Assembly (NCBI GenBank): GCA_031425655.1
Contig: JANPJS010000240.1
Location: 1 to 14,022 of the forward strand
Length of the DNA: 14,022 bases
Origin: Abditibacteriaceae bacterium
GTDB lineage: Bacteria > Armatimonadota > Abditibacteriia > Abditibacteriales > Abditibacteriaceae
Direction of reading: 5' to 3'
How positions within the stretch are numbered: the first letter of the stretch is position 1; the number at the start of each line of letters is the position of its first letter. The notes below the pieces were generated by a model. It had not been told where the DNA came from. It worked only from the letters and a program-made list of their open reading frames with translations, and made no database searches. The translations under genes and the position numbers were made by a program. This document shows positions 6,480 through 14,022 of this stretch, piece by piece.

Positions 6480-8087
6480 ATGAATTTTACTTTTAATCTG
6501 CTCACTGAGCCGTGGATTCCCGTTTTGCAGAATGACGGAAAAATCCGCGATGTGGGGCTGCGTGAGCTTTTGCTCGACGCTCACAATTTCCGCGAAATCG
6601 CCCACGATTCGCCGCCGTTCGTAGCGTCGCTGCTGATGGTTGGCGTGGCGTTGCTGCACAGCGCGTGGCCCGGCGAAACGACTATCGAACGCGAGGACGA
6701 ATGGGAGCGCGTGTGGAATCTGGGGCGCTTCGACGCCGACGTTCTGGAAGCGTATTTCCAAAAGTGGGCCGACCGCTTCGATTTGTTTCATCCTCAATTT
6801 CCGTTTTACCAGACGGCGGGCATGACGATGGAAAAGGACAGCGCGCTTTTTCGTCTGGCACTGGATGAGAACAACGCCGGGATGTTCGCCAACGAAGCTA
6901 ATCCCGAATGGCAGGCGCCCTCGCCGCAAATCGCCGCGCAATTGCTGCTTTGCATCCAAAGCTACGCCGTTGGTTTGGGTCTGACCAGCAACGCCAAAAT
7001 CGGCGCCGAAGTTTTGGAAACGCCGCGTTTTACCAACGGCGTGCTGATGAGTGGTCTCACCATTTGGCCGTCGGGCGCCACGCTTTTTCAAACTTTGATG
7101 CTTAATACGGTGCCGCACGAACGCGCCGAAGACGACAAGCCCTGCTGGGAACTGGACGCGCCGCATCTTTTGCGCGACACCGAAAGCAAGGCCGGGCGCC
7201 GCGTGGAGCCGGTGCGTGGCATTTGCGATTTGCTGACGCTGCAAAGCCGCTTAATTCGGCTGTTACCGGTTGAGCGCAACGGACAAGTTGCCGTTCCCAG
7301 CGTGTATTTCACGCAGGGTCGCAGTGTCAGCAGAAGCGGCGGCACCGAGTTTCATCCTTTCAAACTCTATATTCCCAGCAAAGAAACCGGCTTCACACCG
7401 CTGTCTTTGAGCGAAAACAAGGCAATTTGGCGCAACAGCGCGGCGCTTTTATCGCCCGAAACGCGCAAGCACGACGCACGCAATCCTTTATCGTTTGTAG
7501 CGCAGATGGCGCAGGGCGGCGTGCTGGCGCCGGATTTCCGCGCCGGTTTGGACGTTGTCGGCATTGCTACCAAACCGGGCAAAGCGGCCAGTATTTTGTT
7601 GTGGCGCCATGACCGCTTGCCACTGCCTCCGGCGCTTTTGCTCGACCGCAACGTCGAAAGTCGCGTTCACGCAGCCATTGACGAGGCCGACAAACTCGCT
7701 GACGAAATGCGCCTGCGCTTTTCCATGGTGGCGCGCACGCTTTTGGTGCCGGAAAAAATGGCCGGTCACAGTCCCGACCCGGACGACGTAAAGAATCTGG
7801 TTGCTAAGTTCGATCCGCGCCGGGCGTTTTGGCCGCAACTGGAAACTCCGTTTCTCGATTTTCTCAAGCGACTGCCCACCGAACCCGATGCGGCGCGCAG
7901 CGATTGGCGCACGGCTATCGAAATGACGGCCAACGAATGTTTTGGCGCCGCGTGCAACGCGCTGGGCACCGGGCCGGACGCCGTTGTCGCCGTCGCGCAG
8001 GTTTCGCGCTTTTTCAAGCTCGAACACATTCTCGAACGCGCCGAAAAATTCAAATCTTCCCGGCCTAAAACCGCCAAAAAGCGGTAA
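6480..8087 (+). CDS. cas8e: Type I-E Cascade large subunit Cas8e (Cse1/CasA)
   Basis: The start was reassigned to ATG 6480 (SD GGGAGG at 6471-6476). The N-terminus FNLLTEPWIPV and the motifs RFDLFHPQFPFYQ, G.TLFQTLMLN and LTLQSRLIRL are typical of Cse1. 535 aa. Confidence 0.95.
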   Translation: MNFTFNLLTEPWIPVLQNDGKIRDVGLRELLLDAHNFREIAHDSPPFVASLLMVGVALLHSAWPGETTIEREDEWERVWNLGRFDADVLEAYFQKWADRFDLFHPQFPFYQTAGMTMEKDSALFRLALDENNAGMFANEANPEWQAPSPQIAAQLLLCIQSYAVGLGLTSNAKIGAEVLETPRFTNGVLMSGLTIWPSGATLFQTLMLNTVPHERAEDDKPCWELDAPHLLRDTESKAGRRVEPVRGICDLLTLQSRLIRLLPVERNGQVAVPSVYFTQGRSVSRSGGTEFHPFKLYIPSKETGFTPLSLSENKAIWRNSAALLSPETRKHDARNPLSFVAQMAQGGVLAPDFRAGLDVVGIATKPGKAASILLWRHDRLPLPPALLLDRNVESRVHAAIDEADKLADEMRLRFSMVARTLLVPEKMAGHSPDPDDVKNLVAKFDPRRAFWPQLETPFLDFLKRLPTEPDAARSDWRTAIEMTANECFGAACNALGTGPDAVVAVAQVSRFFKLEHILERAEKFKSSRPKTAKKR

Positions 8088-8112
8088 TGGCCTACTTCGT
8101 TAAGGAGAATTT

Positions 8113-8655
8113 ATGACCCACTGGGAAACATCCGAAGAACTGCGCGCTCGCGTGGGGCGGCTGGTCGGACGGCTGGCGAGCCTCGAAAGCAACGACGCCG
8201 GCTCCGACCGCGCGACGATGGCCGCTTTGCGCTCTGGCTTGCGGCACAGCGACGGCGTGGCGTTGGAGATGATGCCGTTTCTCTCCAAATTTTTGCCGCC
8301 GCAGGAATCCAAGCGCGACGCGCGCTGGTTTCAAGTCGCCGCGCTGTTTGCGCTGCATCCGCAAAACACGCGGCGGGAAACCTTCGCGCAAGCGTTTCGC
8401 AAATTAGCCGACGCCGGTTCGGAATCGGTTGAAAAACGCTTTCAACTGCTCTTGTCTTGTCACGGCGACGACTTGTTTCGTCACCTGACGCAGTGCGTGG
8501 GCTTATTGCACGCGCAAAACATCTCGCTCAATTGGTATCAATTGCTGCTCGACTTGTCCGCCGGCGATTGGGACGATCCGCGCCGCACCATCCAAATGCG
8601 CTGGGCGCGTGAATTTTACCGCCAGCGTGCCGAAGAATTTGCCTCGCAAAACTGA
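8113..8655 (+). CDS. cas11: Type I-E Cascade small subunit Cas11 (Cse2/CasB)
   Basis: 180 aa helical protein with A.LR.G, VAALFALHP, SVEKRFQLLL, NWYQLLLDL and RWAREFYR. SD TAAGGAG. It lies between cas8e and cas7. Confidence 0.93.
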   Translation: MTHWETSEELRARVGRLVGRLASLESNDAGSDRATMAALRSGLRHSDGVALEMMPFLSKFLPPQESKRDARWFQVAALFALHPQNTRRETFAQAFRKLADAGSESVEKRFQLLLSCHGDDLFRHLTQCVGLLHAQNISLNWYQLLLDLSAGDWDDPRRTIQMRWAREFYRQRAEEFASQN

Positions 8656-8665
8656 AAGGAATTTT

Positions 8666-9925
8666 ATGAAACTTGAACTGCACCTCATCCAGAGCTTTGG
8701 CCCGTCGTGCCTGAACCGCGACGCGACCAACTCGCCCAAAGACTGCGAATTCGGCGGCGTGCGCCGCGCCCGCGTCTCGTCGCAATGCTTCAAACGCTCC
8801 ATCCGCGAGTTTTTCCGCGACAACAATCTCGTGCCGGTTGGCGAGCGCACCAAGCGTCTGCGCGCTGAAATTGGCACCTTCCTGCCTGAATTGGAGCCGC
8901 AGGAGCTTGTGCCTTTCGCCGTTGACGCCTTCGTGGACACCTATTACGCCAAAAACGATTCCAAAAAGCCCGAACACTCTTCGGTTTTGCTGTTTTTGTC
9001 GCAAGTCGAACTCGAAGAAGCGGCCAAGTGCATTAGTGACAGTTGGGCCGATTTGAAGCCTTTTGCCGACGCGCGGCGCAAGGAAATCGAAAAAATCGCC
9101 GCCAAAGCCTCCAAAAAAGGCGCGACTCCGGCGTTGCCGCTCGAAGGTGAAGAACCGGCGCCCGAAGCCAGCGACGATGGCGCGGCAGGCGATGGAAAAT
9201 ACAAAAATCTGCCCAAAGCCAAAGAAGATAAAACCATCGTGGAGCGGCTTCGCAGCGCCGCGCTGTCATCGGACATCGCGCTATTTGGGCGAATGTTGGC
9301 CGAACACACCGAGCATCGCATCGAAGCCGCCGTGCAAGTCGCGCACGCGATTTCGACGCACGCCGTAACGCCGGAACTGGACTTCTTTTCGGCGGTGGAC
9401 GACCTCAACAAAGATGACGCGGGTGCTGGAATGCTCGGCGTGACCGGCTTTAACGCCGCCGTGTTTTATCGCTATGCGCTGCTCGATTTCGACGCATTGG
9501 AACTGAATCTCAAGGGCGACCGCGCGGTGGCGCTGCAAACGGCGCGGGCGTTTTTGCGGGCTTTCGTGGAAGCGATTCCCAGCGGCAAGCAAAACTCGAT
9601 GGCCGCGCAAAGCCTGCCGTCGCTGGGCGTTTTCGTGGTGCGCGAAAGCGGAGCGCCGTGCAGTCTGGTGAATGCTTTTTGCGAGCCGATTAGCACTAAA
9701 AAGAAAACGCAGGGAGAGCAAGAATCGCGCGGTTTCTTGCGAGATTCGGTGGACGAATTCGCCGGCTACTGGGAACGCTATGCAAAGGTTTACGGCGAGG
9801 ACGGCATCACTGAAAAAGCCTTGTTTTGCATGGAAAAGGCGCCGCAACTGGGCAGTTTGGCGGCGGCTGACAAAGGCTCGGCCAAAGCCGCCATTGACGC
9901 TGCGATGAAAGCTCTGGGCGAGTAA
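8666..9925 (+). CDS. cas7: Type I-E Cascade backbone Cas7 (Cse4/CasC)
   Basis: Start at ATG 8666 (SD AAGGA). Motifs LELHLIQSFGPSCLNRD...PK...FGGVRRARVSSQCFKR, DIALFGRMLA, AAVQVAHAISTH, DFFSAVDDL and PSGKQNS. Confidence 0.97.
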   Translation: MKLELHLIQSFGPSCLNRDATNSPKDCEFGGVRRARVSSQCFKRSIREFFRDNNLVPVGERTKRLRAEIGTFLPELEPQELVPFAVDAFVDTYYAKNDSKKPEHSSVLLFLSQVELEEAAKCISDSWADLKPFADARRKEIEKIAAKASKKGATPALPLEGEEPAPEASDDGAAGDGKYKNLPKAKEDKTIVERLRSAALSSDIALFGRMLAEHTEHRIEAAVQVAHAISTHAVTPELDFFSAVDDLNKDDAGAGMLGVTGFNAAVFYRYALLDFDALELNLKGDRAVALQTARAFLRAFVEAIPSGKQNSMAAQSLPSLGVFVVRESGAPCSLVNAFCEPISTKKKTQGEQESRGFLRDSVDEFAGYWERYAKVYGEDGITEKALFCMEKAPQLGSLAAADKGSAKAAIDAAMKALGE

Positions 9926-9935
9926 AGGAGGCGCC

Positions 9936-10604
9936 ATGCCACATACATTATTGCTGGATTTGGTCGGCCCAATGCAGTCGTGGGGCCATCGCTCGCGCTT
10001 CGACAACCGAGACACCGGCTTGGAACCCACGAGATCAGGCGTGGTGGGCTTGTTGTGCGCGGCGCTGGGCTGGGCGCGCGACGCCGATTTAAGCCGCTTC
10101 GAGTCGCTCCAAATGGGCGTGCGCGTGGAAAAACCGGGGCGCGTGGCGCTGGATTTTCATACCGCGCAGCGTCGCCCCGACGAAAACGCCACGATTTCAA
10201 GCCGCTATTACCTCGCCGATGCGCGTTTTCTGGTTGGTCTGGAAGGCGATTTGGAATGGCTGCAAACTTTGCAAGCGGCGCTCAATAACCCGAAATGGCC
10301 ACTTTTTCTGGGGCGTAAAGCCTTTCCCCCGGCGTTGCCCGTGGCGCGTGGCATCGAAGAGGGAGTAGTAAAAACTGTTTTGCAACGCGCAGCATGGATC
10401 GCCCTGACAAGCGCCGAAAAGCGGCGAGGCGAAAAGTTGGCGCCGCTAAAATTGGTTTTGGAAACGCTCAATCCTGCCGACGGCGAAACCATCATGGACG
10501 CGCCGCGCGACTTCGAGCGGCGGCGCTACGGCGTGCGGTATTTGACGTTCGAGAGCGTTTCTTCGCCTCCCATCGCCTTATGGAACGAAGGAGCAAACTC
10601 ATGA
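9936..10604 (+). CDS. cas5: Type I-E Cas5 (CasD)
   Basis: Motifs LLLDLVGPMQSWG...R.T...PTRSGVVGLLCAALG, DFHT, RYYLADARFLVGLEG and LFLGRKAFPP. SD AGGAGG. Confidence 0.96.
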   Translation: MPHTLLLDLVGPMQSWGHRSRFDNRDTGLEPTRSGVVGLLCAALGWARDADLSRFESLQMGVRVEKPGRVALDFHTAQRRPDENATISSRYYLADARFLVGLEGDLEWLQTLQAALNNPKWPLFLGRKAFPPALPVARGIEEGVVKTVLQRAAWIALTSAEKRRGEKLAPLKLVLETLNPADGETIMDAPRDFERRRYGVRYLTFESVSSPPIALWNEGANS

Positions 10605-11419
10605 TTTATCTTTCGCGCTTGTTTCTCGATCCGTTTGCGCGGCGCGTGCAAAACGAGTTGGCGGCGCCTTACGAAATGCACCGGACGTTGTGTCACGCGT
10701 TTCCCGATTTGTCGAAAGAGCAGTGGGAAGCGGCGCGCGTGTTGTTTCGCGCCGACGAGGAAAAAGGCCGCATCGCCTTGATTGTGCAGTCGAAAATCGC
10801 GCCGAATTGGGCAGATTTCGCGGCCAAAGTTGAGGGACGCTATCTGCTGGCTGCGCCGGATGTGAAAGCGTGGCAGCCGCAGTTCCAAGTCGGGCAAAAG
10901 CTGCGCTTTCGCTTGCAGGCGAATCCGACGTTTTCGCCAAAAAGCGAAGGCAAGCGCGGCCAAAGGCGCGGCCTTTACCGCGAAGCTGAGCGTTTGGACT
11001 GGCTGCGGCATCGTGGCGAACGCAACGGCTTCGAGTTGCCGTTGGTTGAAACCACGCTTCGCAAAATGGGCAGCAGCAAAATCGTTTTTCGTGGCAAAGA
11101 ATTGGACGAAAGCGAACTCACGCTCGATTTGCCGCTGTGCGAAGTCGTGGATTTGAACGGCGGGCGTTTAGTCAGCGAGAAACCGCTGCGCCACAGTGAC
11201 CGCACACGGCGCACTTTGAGCCATCCGATGCCGCTGGATCGGCCAGAAGGTGAAAACCAGCCGCGCCGCGTGAACTTCGGTTCGAGTGAATTTTCCGCTG
11301 CACGCTTCGACGGCGTGCTGCAAGTCACCGAGTCGGAAAAGTTCGTGGCGGCGGTGGAAAACGGCATCGGCAAAGCGCGAGGCTTTGGTTTCGGTCTGCT
11401 CTCGCTGGCTCGCGCCTAA
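10601..11419 (+). CDS. cas6e: Type I-E crRNA processing endonuclease Cas6e (Cse3/CasE)
   Basis: Start at ATG 10601 (ATGA overlap with the cas5 stop; SD GGAG). Motifs MIYLSRL, YEMHRTL, LRFRLQANPT, FDGVLQV and the glycine-rich loop GIGKARGFGFGLLSL. 272 aa. Confidence 0.96.
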   Translation: MIYLSRLFLDPFARRVQNELAAPYEMHRTLCHAFPDLSKEQWEAARVLFRADEEKGRIALIVQSKIAPNWADFAAKVEGRYLLAAPDVKAWQPQFQVGQKLRFRLQANPTFSPKSEGKRGQRRGLYREAERLDWLRHRGERNGFELPLVETTLRKMGSSKIVFRGKELDESELTLDLPLCEVVDLNGGRLVSEKPLRHSDRTRRTLSHPMPLDRPEGENQPRRVNFGSSEFSAARFDGVLQVTESEKFVAAVENGIGKARGFGFGLLSLARA

Positions 11420-11509
11420 AGGTTCCTCGCCTGCGCGGGGATGAACCGGTGCGCGACTCACTCACTTATCTTTACGTCGAGTGTTCCCTGCGAGCGCGGG
11501 GACGAATTA
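11420..11509 (+). CRISPR. Single-spacer mini-CRISPR with degenerate repeats; the spacer derives from a cas1 gene
   Basis: AGGTTCCTCGCCTGCGCGGGGATGAACCG (11420-11448, 23/29), a 32-nt spacer GTGCGCGACTCACTCACTTATCTTTACGTCGA (11449-11480), then GTGTTCCCTGCGAGCGCGGGGACGAATTA (11481-11509, 21/29). Both stems are preserved through G-U pairs, and the period is 61 nt. Confidence 0.92.
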
Positions 11510-11521
11510 TGGAGGTGCATC

Positions 11522-12487
11522 ATGGGACGCATGGACGACCTGCACATCTTGCCCAAAATTAGGGACAGCCTGACATACCTTTACGTCGAACACGCGACGA
11601 TTGACCGTCACGAAAACAGCATCGCGCTGTGGGACAAAGAAGGCTGCACGCCGGCACCGGCTTCGTCGCTGTGTGTGCTAATGCTGGGGCCGGGCACGCG
11701 CATCACGCAGGCCGCTATCACCATGTTGGCCGACAACAATTGCCTGACGGTTTGGTGCGGCGAGGAAAACGTGCGTTTCTACGCGTGGGGCACGGGCGGC
11801 ACACGCAGCGCCGCGCCGCTTTTGCATCAGGCGCGCATGGTCAGCAATGAAACGCTGCGCCTTGAGGTAGTGCGGCGGATGTATCGAATGCGTTTTGAAG
11901 GCGATCTCGATCCGGCGCTCACGGTGGAGCAGTTGCGAGGCATGGAGGGCGCAAGGGTGCGCGAGACTTACAAGAAGTTCAGCAACGACACCGGCGTCGC
12001 GTGGGAAGGAAGGTCTTACGACCGGACGCGTTGGAACAACACCGATTTAGTCAACAAAGCGCTGTCGTGCGCGAACTCCTGCCTTTATGGTTTGTGCCAC
12101 GCCGCGATTTTGGCGACCGGCTACAGTCCGGGGCTGGGCTTCATTCATACCGGAAAGCAGTTGTCGTTCGTCTACGATATTGCCGACCTCTATAAGGCTG
12201 AACTGACGATTCCACTGGCCTTTTCGGTGGCCGCGGATGCTCCGGCGCAGTTGGAACGCACGGTGCGTTTGCGCTGCCGCGATATTTTCCGCGAAAGCCG
12301 TCTTTTGCAGCGCATCATCCCCGACATTCGCCGCGCTTTAAATGCCCCCGCCGACGCAGATGGCTGGGAATCTCCGCTGGACGAAGACCCGGCGCAGCCG
12401 ACGGATTTGTGGACGCCGTCGTGGGAGCAAGCCGGCAATGCAGCGCCTGAATCGCAGCCCGGCGACGAACAATGGGGTAACGGCTGA
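11522..12487 (+). CDS. cas1: Type I-E Cas1 integrase
   Basis: The start was reassigned to ATG 11522 (SD GGAGGT at 11511-11516); ATG 11531 is also possible. Motifs LMLGPGTRIT, WCGE, QLRGMEGARVR, GYSPGLGFIHTG and SFVYDIADLYK. It has an acidic C-terminal tail. Confidence 0.97.
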   Translation: MGRMDDLHILPKIRDSLTYLYVEHATIDRHENSIALWDKEGCTPAPASSLCVLMLGPGTRITQAAITMLADNNCLTVWCGEENVRFYAWGTGGTRSAAPLLHQARMVSNETLRLEVVRRMYRMRFEGDLDPALTVEQLRGMEGARVRETYKKFSNDTGVAWEGRSYDRTRWNNTDLVNKALSCANSCLYGLCHAAILATGYSPGLGFIHTGKQLSFVYDIADLYKAELTIPLAFSVAADAPAQLERTVRLRCRDIFRESRLLQRIIPDIRRALNAPADADGWESPLDEDPAQPTDLWTPSWEQAGNAAPESQPGDEQWGNG

Positions 12488-12508
12488 GACCCGGCAAGGA
12501 GCAAAGCG

Positions 12509-12823
12509 ATGGTAATCCTCATCATGGAGCGCGTGCCGACCGGCCTGCGCGGAGAATTGTCCCGCTGGATGATCGAGCCGAAGGCCAACGTTTTTGTGGG
12601 CAAGATGTCGGCGATGGTGCGCGATAAACTGTGGGACAAGGTGTGCGAAAAATCAAAGGATGGCGCAGCGACCTTGATTTTTCCGGCGCCCAATGAACAG
12701 GGCTTCGCCATGCGAACTTGGGGCAGCAGCCGGCGCGAATTGGTAGATTACGAGGGGCTGACGTTGGTTCGCATCCCAAAGCCTACCGAAAAGGAGGACA
12801 AAGAAGAAGTCAGCACTTTGTAA
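12509..12823 (+). CDS. cas2: Type I-E Cas2
   Basis: MVILIMERVPTGLRGELSRWMIEP...VFVG..SA.VRDKLW, NEQGF and DYEGLTLV are characteristic of Cas2 in I-E systems. SD AAGGAG. Confidence 0.96.
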   Translation: MVILIMERVPTGLRGELSRWMIEPKANVFVGKMSAMVRDKLWDKVCEKSKDGAATLIFPAPNEQGFAMRTWGSSRRELVDYEGLTLVRIPKPTEKEDKEEVSTL

Positions 12824-12884
12824 GTCCACCTGCGTTATCCTTCTAAGCCGGCAATTAAGGGTTGATTTCCACTGGTCGCTAAGT
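12824..12884 (+). promoter_or_regulatory. CRISPR leader (short, 61 nt from the cas2 stop) with a near-consensus IHF-like site
   Basis: It lies between cas2 and the first repeat. TTAAGGGTTGATT (12855-12867) differs by one base from YAANNNNTTGATW and ends 17 nt before the first repeat. Confidence 0.55.
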
Positions 12885-14022
12885 GTGTTCCCCGCAGGTG
12901 CGGGGATGAACCGTCGTTCAATCGCTGCGCGCTCTGTGTCGCATTGTGTTCCCCGCAGGTGCGGGGATGAACCGGTAGTTTCAGCGTTCATAATACCCCG
13001 GAAATTGTGTTCCCCGCAGGTGCGGGGATGAACCGGGTATCGCATGGTGTCTTTCCTTGTTCATGGGGTGTTCCCCGCAGGTGCGGGGATGAACCGACAA
13101 GAATGATGATATTGTCATACCTGCTGGCGTGTTCCCCGCAGGTGCGGGGATGAACCGATAACCGCGACGATTTTTCCGGTGCCATATAAGTGTTCCCCGC
13201 AGGTGCGGGGATGAACCGAAGAGGAAGACGATATTTACGGGGGTATTCAAGTGTTCCCCGCAGGTGCGGGGATGAACCGTATTGACCGCCGCGCGTGATG
13301 AGGCGAGAGCCGTGTTCCCCGCAGGTGCGGGGATGAACCGGCATCGGCGTCTTCACTAATACGCGCCCGCTTGTGTTCCCCGCAGGTGCGGGGATGAACC
13401 GAACCGATGCCTTCGCCCACGATCTCGCCGCTGGTGTTCCCCGCAGGTGCGGGGATGAACCGTTTGAAGATGTTTATATTGAAGGATATAAGACGTGTTC
13501 CCCGCAGGTGCGGGGATGAACCGGCCGGGCGGCGCGGGCCGCATCTCTTCGCTCAGTGTTCCCCGCAGGTGCGGGGATGAACCGAGTTGGGCCGCGCTGG
13601 CGATGGGTTTGGACATGTGTTCCCCGCAGGTGCGGGGATGAACCTGGTGACAAACATCGCAGAAAGCGCCGTGGTCGGTGTTCCCCGCAGGTGCGGGGAT
13701 GAACCGCAGCAGAGGCAGCAAAAGCAATAGCAGCGCAGGTGTTCCCCGCAGGTGCGGGGATGAACCGCCGCCACTGCGCGACTTATGGACGCCTGCCGAG
13801 TGTTCCCCGCAGGTGCGGGGATGAACCGCGGAACCGTGACTCTGAGCGCCGACCCGTTCAGTGTTCCCCGCAGGTGCGGGGATGAACCGCGCTCAAAATA
13901 GACTTGTCGCCCGTTTTCGTCGTGTTCCCCGCAGGTGCGGGGATGAACCGACCTGTGTGGCCTCGCCTGTCGAACTGGCATGGTGTTCCCCGCAGGTGCG
14001 GGGATGAACCGAGCAGTGGATT
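12885..14022 (+). CRISPR. Type I-E CRISPR array: 19 repeats, 18 complete 32-nt spacers, truncated by the window end
   Basis: The 29-nt repeat GTGTTCCCCGCAGGTGCGGGGATGAACCG occurs every 61 nt from 12885 to 13983. It has a 7-bp stem TCCCCGC/GCGGGGA and the 3' handle ATGAACCG typical of I-E. The only variant seen is a terminal T at 13645. Confidence 0.99.

Noticed and set aside
6455..6485. GTGTCGTCCCCGC...GATGAA as a further degenerate CRISPR repeat
   Set aside because: Fewer than half of the positions match the repeat, the repeat stem is not preserved, and there is no partner at 61 nt. It is better explained as a hairpin arm.
11449..11480. Spacer interpreted as a leftover of a duplicated cas1 5' end
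   Set aside because: It is exactly 32 nt, bounded on both sides by repeats, and begins at the PAM-compatible position. No cas1 homology extends beyond it.
3199..12711. Numerous 60-260 aa antisense or out-of-frame ORFs overlapping cas genes
   Set aside because: These are the shadow ORFs expected in GC-rich coding DNA, and none shows a recognisable motif.
12653..13981. Minus-strand ORFs with repeated VHPRTCGEH / GSSPHLRGT / RFIPAPAGNT peptides
   Set aside because: These are translations of the CRISPR repeats, not genes.

Overview
The window holds the 3' part of a multidomain carbohydrate-related gene, then a 241-bp MITE-like inverted-repeat element. These are followed by a complete type I-E CRISPR-Cas locus on the + strand: WYL regulator, cas3, cas8e, cas11, cas7, cas5, cas6e, cas1, cas2, a short leader, and an array of at least 19 repeats that runs off the window end. 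Two single-spacer mini-arrays with degenerate repeats sit between the cas genes. (1) Between cas3 and cas8e, a minus-strand mini-array has a spacer matching a site about 100 bp away in the cas8e promoter region, with an AAG PAM and a perfect seed. This is CreA/CreR-like and lies next to a strong promoter, an orphan strong Shine-Dalgarno and a highly structured leader. (2) Between cas6e and cas1, a plus-strand mini-array has a spacer that is itself a piece of a cas1 gene (it reads VRDSLTYLYVE). The resident cas1 encodes IRDSLTYLYVE with different codons across the PAM and seed. This suggests a CRISPR guide aimed at rival cas1 alleles, with the resident copy protected by recoding. All calls were made by eye, with no database searches.
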